The notes beneath the pieces are model-generated. The model was not told the origin of the DNA. It saw only the letters and a list, made by a program, of their open reading frames with translations, and did no database searches. DNA of 64,000 nt from Yuukianura sp. NJ FZ-2021. Lineage: Eukaryota. The stretch spans positions 11,842,001-11,906,000 of the forward strand of contig CM102290.1 in the NCBI GenBank assembly GCA_046563655.1, given 5' to 3'. Below, in pieces: positions 1-27,320 of the stretch. Each line of letters opens with the position of its first letter. Positions within the stretch are counted from its first letter, which is position 1. The translations under genes and the position numbers were made by a program.

Positions 1-100
1 AAGAATTGGCTGGATAAAATAGATATAAATCAATACTTCCGGATACTTCCACGTATTTTGATGTAGGTGGAAGAAATATTTTATCCATCCACCAACACTG
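1..100. mobile_element. Right end of a hAT-like non-autonomous element, truncated by the window edge
   Basis: 88-100 is tccaccaacactg, identical to the right TIR of the complete element at 29482-29880. The subterminal sequence is similarly rich in tgga/tcca. Confidence 0.6.
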
Positions 101-3100
101 CCGTCCGGACATAAGTTTGTCCAGAAAACTTGGACATAAAAGTGTCTGTACAGATTTGATGTGTACAGAAGTAAGGTTAGGTCGTGCATGAATGTCCGTC
201 CAAGGGACTCCGGTTACGCAGTGGACAAAAAGACAAATGAAAAAGTTTATGGTCCTGTCTGCCTCTGGACTTGGAATTTGTGTCCAACTGTAGTGAAAGT
301 AATCAGAAGTGGATTAAAGTACACAATTTGAAGTTGGTTCTAAAAGTGTATAGGTGGGGTCATGAACTTGGAGAGGTCATTAATGACCTCCCCTTCCAGA
401 AATTCCTACTGGAAATGTTACTGCGACCTTCCAGGAAGGAAGGTGAGTGGGGGATGTTGATGAGATCGTTTGGGTGCATGGAGTAATCATGATTCGACTA
501 CTGGAAATCTTCTAACTTCTACCTTCTTGTTTTCTTTCCATCATAAAGTTCAATTAGAACATCGAAGTTGTACTGCAGCTACAACAGTAATGACTACAAT
601 TGGAGCTGCAACAGTGTCTTAGGTCCAGAAGGGACTTTTGTATGCATGGGTGCAAACAGTGTGCTTTTAGAAATAGTAAGGAAAGTTGCGGGTTTGTCAT
701 CAAAAACACGCTTTTAAGCGACATGTTTTGTAGAAATGCCAGAACATCTATTATTACTTCTATTTTTTTTTCATTTTCCCGCTCACATGTCAAATTTTCC
801 AACTCAAGACAATGCAAGGTTTTTAATCCAAATTTTACATTTGGCGAAAATTTATTTTCCCAGCAAATTTACAGTACGCGGAAAATTTTGTGTCCAGAAG
901 GTAAATTTTATCCTCCGCAAAAAAATTATCATTCCATTTTTGGGATGATCGGAATTTAAAATTGCGAAAATTTTATAGTAATTAAAATCAAATTAATTAA
1001 GGTTAATGCATCTTAAAGTGCAGTTAAAGCTAAGTTGGCTATAAAAGAAACATTTTTTTATTGTTGTAACCAAACTTGCACATTGATTTTGCATGCTTAT
1101 AATTTTCATCGTTAAATTTTTGAATTGTCGAAAACTCCTCCGCACAACACTCCACTTATGGAACCGTTGCCAATTTATTTTGAAAAAAAAAATTTGTTGC
1201 CTGAAATGTTTTTGTTTTTATTGAGCGTCTTTTTGGTTTATGGCAAGAGCAGTTTTATGATTTTGTTTCATTTTTCAAAAAAAAAATTACGCCAAACGTT
1301 GGCTTTTCAGAACTTTATGATCAAAATATATTTGAAAATGTTGGTTAGCTTGTAACGGCCAAATTTCGCTTTTTCTTTGAAACTTTGATAACTTTTGTTT
1401 TAGTTCTATGAGTCGTGGTTGAAATTTTTCTTTGAAATGCTAAATATGGGTATTGAAAAAAACAATGTTGTTGATTTACGCTGGTCATTGATTGGACTTT
1501 GTCTTTGCTCAGAAATTGAAAGTATGAAAGGTTTCTTTCGATTTGTCTAAATGACAGCAGAAATATACGGTTTCCCCTCTACTGCTTTTCTTTTGGCTGA
1601 AATGACCTTAGTGTTGCCCACTATTTTCTTTTTCTTGCCCATTTATGGACTTTGTTTTGTCCATATTTGGACACAACTTCCAACCAGGCCATCTTCATCA
1701 TCTTCTCATCGGATTCATCAGATCTACTCCAATGGACCACTTTCCAGTAGTTACAACCTGCAACAGGAAGCTCATGAACGGAAACTGGTGAACCTGAGTT
1801 GTTAGACGTAACCTTTGTGGACGGGAATAATTTTATGGACGGTTTGTGAACCAATGTACTAATGAATGTATTTTTAGACGTTCTATAAAACGATGCACTA
1901 ATGGACGTATTTTGGACGGATATAAACTTTATGTACTGAAGACAATGGTACATAGCTAATTGATGAAATTTTTATGTTAGGTTAGACAATGTGCCCATTT
2001 TCGCAAAAAAAGCGCCAATACGAATTTAATATGAAATCGCCAGTATTCATCTGTCGCTATTCGTTCATATTCGATTCCGTCCAGACCGACCCGTACATTA
2101 GTGTCCGGAATTTTACTTCTATGATGGATTTAGTTCATCTCACCAAATAAATCTCTGAACTCCACAACTCCATTTTCTCTTCCAATTTGCGCAACTGCCA
2201 ATTTGTGTCCAGACAATAAAGAACATAGTTTGAGGAAGTTGTCCAAAACGAGAGATCTCATAAGCACCTTGATTTTGGTACAAGTTGAACAAAGTGCGAG
2301 GTCATGTTGGGTGATCTTGGAGGCGGTTATTTCAAAATCTCCCACTCCTAAACTCTCCTTGGACACCAAATCCTATTGTTCTCTCAAACGCACCTGAGAC
2401 AGTTTCTTGGGAATGGCAGGGGGTACAGAGATGTAATTAAAGGCAGTAATAAAGGTGTGAACGCTCATGCGCGTAGGAGGATCATACAACATCAATTGGA
2501 TCCTTGGAAGTGGATTTTAAATGCAATTTTACCAATTTCCAACAAATGCTCCTCACCTGGGCTTCTGGAGTACAAAGCATTTGCAATTTTTTGTTTTGCT
2601 AAATTTGCAAAACGGAGTTTAAATCACGAAGTCCTGACTTTGTCTGACCCTGACTATGTCTGATCTCTCTTGTGTCTCAAAATGGGCAAAAAGTGACATC
2701 ATAGTTACTAAAAGTCTTTGCAAGGGAATCAAAAGCCTTGGAAATGTTTGACACTTCTGAGCAACTTTGAACTTCAAACAAAAATTTGCACAACATTCGA
2801 CAAAATTGGCCCACTTCAAATTTCTTGTGCAAACTTTTGCAAATAATCGGCGTGGGAAACCGCAAACAATTTTTTGTGTGTTTAGTGTTTTGAAGCATAG
2901 ATTTCGTCTAATAGTGCACAAAAATATGCAGAAAGTCAACACGGAAATGCACAAACACGAAATGCACAATGCACAAAATTTGTATTGCGGATGTAATACT
3001 AGGGCTATTGCGTCTGCGCGTCCTTGTTTCGTAACACAGTGACTCATAGGCGTCTTAATTTGAACTATTTGCTGATGACTGAATTTATAAAATACAATTT

Positions 3101-4321
3101 GGAATTAATTGAGCTCTCGAATGGAGTAAAAAAACTAAAAGTGTTTTGTTTCTTGATTGTGTGAAGGTGTGAGTTAGCTTAAGCTAATTAACACTCATCA
3201 CTCCGTAAAGTTTATGCAAAATTTTGATGACTAAACTCAAGTTCACAGAAACAGGATTCAAAAGATTAAAACGATCAACCTGACCATGCATAAAGATCAC
3301 GGCAAAGTTTTTGTTGAATGATGGCGCCAATCTGAGTGTAAAATTACTTCCTGTTTGAAAATACCGCGATGTGTGCGACATGGCGATTCGAATTTTCTTG
3401 GTAACGAAGTATGTAAATGCAAATATAATGCAAGTTATAGGTAAATCTCCTATGTTCTAAACTTTTCCGTAATGGTTTCCCTCAAACTTAAATTAAGAGG
3501 CGAAAAAGGAGATACTATATGAGTTTGATTTGACACGGTAAAATTAATGCAACATTGTTAACTACCACATCAAAAATTATGCAAAATCAAATTTATACTG
3601 GACGCCGGTGGTTAAAACCTAAGAGGAACAAATGTTTACACGACAAGGTTGAAGTACTAGTGTAAAGTACAAATGATTTACCGAGATTAATGTTGCGATA
3701 AAGTCCTAAAATTTGGATTTGTTTCTTATTTTGTCCAAATAAGGAATTTTGACGGAGGTGCACAGCGGCAGTAGAGAAGGTGCAATTTGTATGTGTGGCC
3801 TGAATCTTAATGAGACTTTCCTTTAAGGAGTGGTCAATCAATTACACAAAATGGAAGACATTTTGATCTCCCTGTGTGGGAACAATTGATTTCCACAACT
3901 ACAATAAATTTCATAAAAGTTTGCGACAAAGGATTTCCTTTAGGATTCTGCATCTCATAAACTATTCATAAATCATTTCAATTTTGACAAGTCACCACCA
4001 ACAGAGAAATGAGACCAATTCAATCATCATCAAATTTCTTACGCATGCGAATGAACAACGACGCTTTTGTTTCAGTTCAAAATCATTCCATCAAAATCTT
4101 AACCAAAATAGGTGCAGAAGTAGAGCAGAATTCGGAGTTTTTCGGATTATAATAACTTTTCCAAGACTGAAAGTCAAAATTTTTAGAACTTAGGCAAAAT
4201 TATTTACGCAGCCAAATTATGATGCTAATTTTTGTTTCATAGGTCAAAGGTCATTCCAGGCTAAAAATCATTTTTATTTTGTTGACCATTAGGCTTCAGC
4301 GTCTTGTTTGAGGTTGGGATT

Positions 4322-19248
<14,927 letters not shown>

Positions 19249-19704
19249 ACTCGACCTCGAAACAAAATCTCAAAATCAAACCGGAATCAAAAGCTGAAAC
19301 TCAAAAAACTGAAAATCAGAAAACTGAAAACCATAAAACTTGGAGTCGAATAGACCGTTTTTTAACTTTAAGAGTTTCGAAATTATTTAAACTTAGAAAA
19401 TTCTACGTTCATCATGTTTTTAAAATGTTTAAATCATTTCCGTAAAAAAGTGAAAATTGTGTTACGTTACACTTGTTAATGTAAAAATTGTTTGTCTTTT
19501 GGATTTAAAATGCAAAAAAAAATTAGCGGTGCTGTCCTGGAATGTAGAAGATCAATTCAAGTATTTCACAAAATGTAAAACGCATGATGTTAATGCCAAA
19601 ACTCAAACGTTACATAATACTTTGCTAATTGTTCGGTAGTAGTAGTTTTCTGCTCTTCCAGAATCCTTTGTTATACTCTTTTACCTTAGTAGTTTAGCAG
19701 TAAT

Positions 19705-19810
19705 CTTACCAATGAAATGACATACTTCTGGACTTGTCTCAGTTTGCCCCGTACGAACTTACCAATGAAATGATAAACTTCAGGACTTGTGTCAGTTTGC
19801 CCCGTACGAA
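19705..19810. repeat. 53-bp tandem duplication
   Basis: cttaccaatgaaatga...cagtttgccccgtacgaa occurs at 19705 and 19758 with about 4 mismatches. Confidence 0.9.
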
Positions 19811-20991
19811 CTCACTAACTAATGTCAATTGAAGTGAATTATGGCTTTGAGATACTGTGGAATTGTAAAGTATAACGGAAGGAAGTGAGATCTATAGAGT
19901 ATGAAACTAAAAATTATAATTATACTTGAAGTGTATAACTCTCCTGATGCGTCTTTTTACTAATTAACAGCTTTCAGCGGATTTTAGTAATTTTAAATAA
20001 TCCTAAAACTTACTTCAGTGCATGATGTAGAAAACAAGAAAGTAGTAAAGTATGGTTTTAATCATCAACAACGTAACTTCCAGCATTAATAAAAATCAAA
20101 TTCTACATGAAATTTTAAAAACGCTGAAACCCAATTTTTGCAACAATCGAACCACAGTTCCAAAAAAAAGTAGTTCGATTTTCTAAAAACTCTTTTTGTT
20201 GATATTATATAAATTACGAAAAATTTAGTTGCGGTAAATTTTGACGACCATCGATGTAGCCACTTAGAGGCTACACTGTGTGGCACCTTATACCGCTTTA
20301 AGTTAGATCTCTTAAGTAGCAAGACCTAATTTAGTTGCCACCATAGCGTAGCCACACGAGATGGCTGCAGTGGCTACAATGAGGGTCGTAAAAGATTACT
20401 TCAACCACAATTTTAGGCCGGAGAAAACTCTTGTCGTAACAAATAAAGCTGAGGTTCTTAAGTTTGACTTAATTTTTGTTAGCACACTCAATCAATTAAT
20501 TAGTATTTGAACAATATTCCTTGAGAAAATAGGTTAAGACTTACTTCACTCATCAAATCCAGTGAGCAAATTAGCACAGTTGAGTTCACAGGTCCCATTT
20601 CATTCTTAAATTAACGACATCGGGGAACTTAACACATAAAAAACGAAATATAACCTGAAGAGTCAAGTCATTTTTACCGGTAAGGATGGATGTCAACTGC
20701 CCATGATCTAGAAATGTACAAACTTACGCGTTATAGGCCCGGAAATACGGTAATAATTAATTGTAAGATTAGTGAGAACGGTTCTAAAACAGGAACTAAC
20801 ATGGCAACTTTTGGCTGACATGTCACATGACTATGGGATAACAACCATTAAGAAATGCAGCACTGGCACATTATGTACTAATGAGAAGAGATATTTTGTC
20901 TTACTTTGTCAACTACCATTTAAAGGCAATGACGTTTTGAGAGTTAACTAATCGATTGAATTGGTAGAAATTAGATGTAAGATTCTTGTGT

Positions 20992-22928
20992 TCATGCAGT
21001 CTCGATTCGGTCGTAGAAGAGCATGTAGGCATGCTGCAGTAAGACTTGCTCTTTCGGCACTTCTTTGATGAACGTGTCGCTGACCAGGTACCAGCTAAAA
21101 CAGACAAGATTTAACGTTAGTCATAACCACAATTGGTAAATGTGCACAGAACAATTAAAATTGACTACTTACGCTTCCTCACAACCGGGCATTTTAGAAG
21201 GACTCAGTCTGTAGGCAACGAAGTGACCCGTGTCAACACTTCCCCGATGACAAACGACTGCCATCAACTTGTACAATATCGGTGTTCGGTGGAATACGGG
21301 TGGAGGTGGTGCCTTGATTGCTTCGATTTGGATTACACACGGTTCTCCCGACGGTCCAGTCAAATCTAGATCTCTCATTGGCTTCATTTTCATCAAATCG
21401 GTAAAGGTACTGGCAACGGACATGTCCAATTCCAGTGGAAATGAGATAAAGTCAAACCGCTTGCTGGAACACCCATTTTTTCCCCATTCGGCTCGATTCA
21501 CATGGATACAAAGACTTCGAGGAAACTAAATACAAAAAAAAATTGTTAGTCACGAAAAGTAAGAAAAACAGTCACAGTAACCTTTACCTTGCTGATACAA
21601 GTTCTCTTATAAAATGTGGATTTGGTAGGTTTCTCCATAACGTTTGAGCAATTAGCACAGTCGACGGAATGAACCATAGCTGGAACAAAGTAGTGTTCAA
21701 TGAGATCATTTAGTGTTGGGGCAACCTTGGACGGAAGCATGAGCGTAAGGTCGGCAAAGTCTTCAAACTTAATAGGAAGCTGAAAAATGAAAATTTTTAC
21801 TTCAAAATATTAAAATTGCTCCAACAGAGAGAAAAGTTGAAAATGATACCGTGGATTGGCAGCAGATACATTCAAATGATGAAGCAAATCGACCGACGAA
21901 CGGGTTGTTCCAGTCAATAAGGTTTGTTGGCGTTCTAGGGCATTTCGGCACTTCTAGCATAGACCCCTTTGTAACAATGTGTGTACCCATAGCACTCTTG
22001 GATAAAAGATTGGCAATTCCAAGTCCTGCGTCTAAGTCGTCAGTAGTCAACGAGGAAACGCCAGAGTCTGGGAGCGACGAAGGCTCACAATCCGAAACTC
22101 GGTATCGGTATGAGAAAGACAAAGTAGAGTCCTCCACGCTCTTAGCAACTTCCATAAAATCCGGACGGGCCTGCAGTGTTTTCTGTTGTTCAAATAGCCT
22201 GAAAGATTGAGAAAGTGTTTCGTTAGCGAATTGTACTAAACAGCAACCCAATTCAATATGAATTTTAATAGGGTACGGTCACGTACGCCCCCATAATGGT
22301 GTTGAAGAATTCATGGACGTCCTGTTCCTGGTGTGTAGCCAAAGACACTTGGCTCCAATTCTTGAACGTCGTGATAACGTTTTCTGGAATCTGACGAGAC
22401 AATTCTGCAGGCATTTCTCCGACGTCACAGTTTATATCTGCATTTGAATTTTATGTTGCTCAGTTTAGTAACTTTCTTTAAAATCTAAAATGTCAACTCA
22501 CATTGGTTTGAAGCAGCAAGAGCCGAAACAATTTGAAAGTCTGCATGGTTGTCATCACCTTTACAACAACGTTGTTTCAGTTCAAAGTAATTGTTGATGT
22601 AACGGACATTATGCCGGGAAGCTGCAAGAGCTTGAAGGAGTGAGTTAATGTAGCAAGAATTCCCCAAATTATAATATCCTCGAAGATTGCCTTGAGATTC
22701 TGCAAGTAAAACAATCCAAGTAAATTCATGATACTGTCAAATACTGGGTAAATTAAGAACTAGTATGATCGAGAACTTACGGATTGTTGGCTCCCAAATG
22801 ACAGTAGACGATGGAATAGTACGTCGTGGCGGAGGCTTATTACCAAGCCAAATGTAAGCAAGGGCTGCAGCAGTTGCCGAAAACAATCCCACGTTAAAAA
22901 CTAGTCTTTTACTCTCAACGTTTCCCAT
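20992..22928 (-). CDS. USP30: Ubiquitin-specific protease, USP30-like (N-terminal hydrophobic anchor plus USP domain)
   Basis: Exon 1 (22928-22781) encodes MGNVESKRLVFNVGLFSATAAALAYIWLG, a TM-like segment. Cys box GYYNLGNSCYINSLLQALA, then QEQDVHEFF, His box YKLMAVVCHRGSVDTGHFVAYR, and WYLVSD...AYMLFYDR. Stop TGA at 20994-20992. Confidence 0.8.
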
Positions 22929-23689
22929 ACCAAAGCGAGTAGCTGTTCCAACCGTTGATGATACGATGATGATCTGAAATAAAACCGAAACAATTACGTT
23001 CTTAACAACGTAACATTTCGCAATCTCTCGTTGTAATATGACAGTTCAATGCAAGTTACCTTTGATCAAATTCCGAAAACGCAAGAAATGGGTCTATCGA
23101 TTGACTTTCAATTCCTATTTTCAGTGTCAACCCGCTTCAATTAATTCCTGTTCAGAGGTTAGGTCGGCGGTGCCGCACAGGCCCGACGGCCCGCGCCCGA
23201 GTCCGTTATCCTGTTACTCAAATTAGTTCAATCGGTGCTAACAGCAGGCAGTTGTCGCAACGTTAATTCACTATTTCTTGTGTAGTCAATAGTTTAATTG
23301 ATTAGGATGAATAATGAGGCCAGTAAAACAAAAAGTAATTGATTTGAGTAACTTTTTGTTGGATCGCTATCGTTCGTCTGAAAAATTCTTAGAAATGGGA
23401 AATGTTGTTTGTTATTTAGGTTACATGTTTTTGTTCACATGTTTTCATATATTTGGCGCCGTTTCCATGCAGCTGTGACAAATAATTTCGATTTTCGTAT
23501 GGACAGTAACCGTATATTATATTTTTAGAATTGAATAATTTTTTTGATCAACGTATTACGTATTTTAGACAAATAGTGGTAAGAAATTAGCAATAGGGAC
23601 ATCTGCTAGCACACAGTAGAGTCGTCTAAACCTTTAATCATAACTAAAAACCGACTGAGGGAATAACCTCACGATATCCAGGATTCATC

Positions 23690-24811
23690 CTACGCATGTG
23701 GTGGGCTATTCGGTGGGAGTTGTTGACTGGCCAAGGCTCTAAATGCTTCTGCGATTAAGTGGGGGTGTGAATCTACCTGGAAAACAAAAAATCAGAAATT
23801 TTGAATGAAGTTGTTTGGAAGGGGTCCATGTTTTTGTGGATGATGAACGACTGACCATGGATTTCCAGCGGGTAGTGTCCTTGACCTCCGCTGCATGGAC
23901 GCTGATAAACTCTATAGCTTTGGTTTTGAGTTGATTGGCAGAATGGAGATCGGCTAAAATCAATAGATCACTGACTGTGTCAATCTCGAGTCTAGTCCAC
24001 AGATTCTCTTCGCACATCGCTTTCAAACCCTCCAGGGCATACCTGTCCAGAAAAAAAAAGCAATATTTTAGCAATCTGGTTGAGCACGATTGAACTGATT
24101 GATAACCGAAACCTACTTATCAGCTGCGACTAACAATTTGTCAGGCATTTTGTGCAAGGATTTGCTCTTTCCAGTGTACATGAATCGTAACATTTCTCTA
24201 ACAACACCAACTTCAATGTCCGTGATTTCAACTCGATTATTCTTTTGTTCCTCCATTTCATGTTCAAACATTGCGGCAAAAACGCGAGACCTCGCAGCGA
24301 GGATTGCCTTATGAGCTTGTAATTCCCTACCTACAAAAATAACAAGATGGAATTAAAAAATCGTTTCATCAATGTGAGATGCTAGATGCTGGTTGACACA
24401 TCTTACCTCCAACAGATAACGTAACATCACTAAATCTTCCATTTCTAAGCAGATCATCAAGGTTCTCGCTAAGTAGACATTCTGGTGCTGAAAACAATCA
24501 AACACAGTGAGTAGTTCAATTGTGAAATCGATATAGGTAGTATAAACATCAAACATATACTATGATCGAGTACGGATTGTTCGGTCCAAAATGGCAGTAA
24601 TCCACGGAGTACGGCAAAACACATTAACACATAGCTGTCCAAGAAGACAAAGAAGATATTGGGTGGCCACACATAGCCTTCCAAGAAGATATATGGTGGC
24701 CACACACAGCCTTCCCAGACGACAAAGGATGGCCTTGATGTTGAACGCAATCTTCGCAACTAAAAACAATACTACCAAATTCCCAACCACAGCGAAGAAA
24801 GCATCACCCAT
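23690..24811 (-). CDS. SPOP/roadkill-like BTB-BACK protein lacking MATH, with a hydrophobic N-terminal exon related to USP30 exon 1
   Basis: Exons 24811-24574 (weak GTACTC donor), 24487-24407, 24330-24117, 24042-23856 and 23776-23690 are phase-consistent. Translation [54 protein letters not shown]...[14 protein letters not shown]...[13 protein letters not shown]...[23 protein letters not shown] matches the SPOP C-terminal half. Confidence 0.8.
24627..24726 (-). repeat. Internal 33-nt-period repeat encoding LG(R/Q)LCV units
   Basis: ggtggccacaca(t/c)agccttcc at 24662 and 24695, with a third partial copy at 24627. Confidence 0.8.
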
Positions 24812-26661
24812 ACCAAACCAAGTGGAGCAAGCTATTGGCACGTAACGTTCCAACCGTTGCTGATCTGAAATAAACCAAAACTGAAACAATTATGTGAAAA
24901 GAAAAAGAAATCAACCTTTGTTAATTCATGGTCAATGACGCATAATCATAATCAATGAAACTAAAAGTTGTATTTATGAGTCATAACTTATGACTCATAA
25001 GTTATTTATGACTTACCGTTACACCTATATTTGTTCACATGTTTTGAAATATTAGGCGCCATTTCCATTGGTCAAGTAGACAAATCATTTCCAACGTTTG
25101 TAGACAATAGTAGACGACAACTATTTTCAACCATAGGGATTTCCACTTTGAAATTAAATGGACAACTTAAGGAATTAAATTTTAATTAATTGTATTGAGC
25201 AATTTACAATTACAGGTATAAAAAATTCGTTCTCTCTAATGATGCATAAAACGTCAACAATGTTGATTCATGATATCAATAAAGTCATGAATCTTCATGA
25301 CTCATGATTTAGTAAGTTTTTCACTATATCATTTTAATTTTCTATAAATAATAATTAACTGCCATTTTGCATTTGAGTTGTACACCATATACTAATACCA
25401 ATAATAAGAATTAAACAATGATTGTCATTTACACGAGCAGCAGAAATGCTTGTTAAAACAATCGAAAAAATAAAGAAAAACATCGGTTAAACTTACACAA
25501 TCAATTAACTTGATGACCACCAATCCCTCTTCTCTAAAATTAACAACAACAAATTAACTAATACTAACGAAAATAACTTAAATTAAAAAGTAATTAGATT
25601 TTTTTCATATCTTATAGGTCACTACTTTCAGCTACCCTCAAGTTGCGGCTTGCGGTACTTCAAAATCTTTTCTTTAATAAATCAAATGCCATCACCAATC
25701 TGGGAAAAACTTACAAGAAAAAATAGTCCTCATTTTTCTAAATTTCGAAAAACAATCAATTTGAACTGTTGTTTGCTAATAAATTACTAGTGTTTACGTT
25801 TTGGGAATGATTAGTAACTTAAAATGCGATGAGTTAGAATTCGTCATTAGTAGAAAAATGTTGCAAAAATATTTTGAGGAACCATCATTGTATCTAATCT
25901 TTTTGGAAGTGCCGATTGTTTTCTACATAGAAATACTACATAACTCAAAATCCCATTCAGGATTTCCTCATCCAATCAAAAATTTCCAAATTCGTAATTT
26001 CCAAGCGACCTTGCAAAATGTTTCATTTGAAGCATTATCTCCCATAAATTGTTTTCCTAGCGCTGACGCACCCTAATCTGTCCAGGAAAAAAAATCGTTT
26101 TACGCAGTAGGATTAGCACCTCGAGTATCTTTGTCGCTGACGACATCCTTCACTAAACTTTCAAAAAAGCGTCATTTTTTGGAGTCACGCGATCAACTTA
26201 GAATGCACTTATGATAAAATTATTAGTGCTAAAGCTGCATCTAATAAAGTAAAAACGTAGGTAAAGGTAATTATAATACAGTTGAAATGAAATAACAAAA
26301 GGTGGGTATTGGTGGCAGTTACAAAACTCGGGCTTTAAAAACCGAAGCTGCTTGTAGTTTAAAAAGACAGCAATAAGGGGGTGGGAGACAAACTTACTAA
26401 ACAGTTAATTCAAACAAATTAAAACTAAGTTAACAAATCGTAATTCTCTCCGTCAGTCTTCTCAGAACTGTAAAAAATGCAATTACTATTTTCGTCTAAC
26501 TTGAGTAAATACATACTTGTATACTGCTCTTTGGTCTACAACAGTGAATCCACACTTTTCACCCATGATGTTGAAGTGATTGACCTTTGACACTATAAGT
26601 AGGATGAAGCTTTCGATGTTGGACTATGAGCATGATTCGCGTCGGAATGAGTAGGTTTATG

Positions 26662-27320
26662 CTACGTACTGGTTGGTTCGGTGTCCTTGATTCCAAACGT
26701 TTTCCTCAAGCGCATCACAAGTTTGCTGTGGAATTTTTTACCTTTCGGGGTACCAGTAGAATCGGAAGAAGACGATGCTGACGACGAGAGCGACGATCGT
26801 GACTCCGACGACGGTTGGCGACGAATCGGCGGTGCATCACCCGTTGGAGCCGAGGTGCTCGGAAGCACTAAACGCCCACCAAAATTACTACCATTAAAAA
26901 AACACGGATTAGTCCTTTCTTTACAAAAATACAATTTTTGTCAGGTTGTTTTACTTACGTCGAGTGCTGCAGTGAATATGAAGCATGAAGTGCTCCAGCC
27001 GAACCCCGGACACGTCTAGGTCCCCCCATTTCGACAGGTCTTGACCTCTGTGGATGACCTCTTCCGACATCACTGCTTCCAACCAATAGGCTCCCTCCGG
27101 GAGACGTGCTAAGGCTTTGTCCCTCAGACTTCGTCTTGCGTCTTCCTCCAGGCTGGACTCCATTGGGCCCAGTAATGGACACTTTAGGGTTACTTCTGCC
27201 ATCAACTTGTTCGGAGGTTCGACGCTGCCTCGGGTCAACACTTCCTGGTCCTCCAACGGATGATCCTGGACTGGCATACAAAGAATAGTTCTTCTTTACA
27301 ACAGGCATCATGAAGGCCAT
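26662..27320 (-). CDS. Uncharacterised Ser/Gly/Pro-rich protein (~195 aa)
   Basis: Exons 27320-26959 and 26887-26662 join in phase 2. The protein starts MAFMMPVVKKNYSLY and ends KKFHSKLVMRLRKTFGIKDTEPTST. It is GC-richer than its flanks, with a long AT-rich 3' region. Confidence 0.7.

Noticed and set aside
2619..3047. 142-aa and 91-aa ORFs in a tgcacaa-rich stretch
   Set aside because: Low-complexity repeat-like DNA with no recognisable protein and no element ends that I could define.
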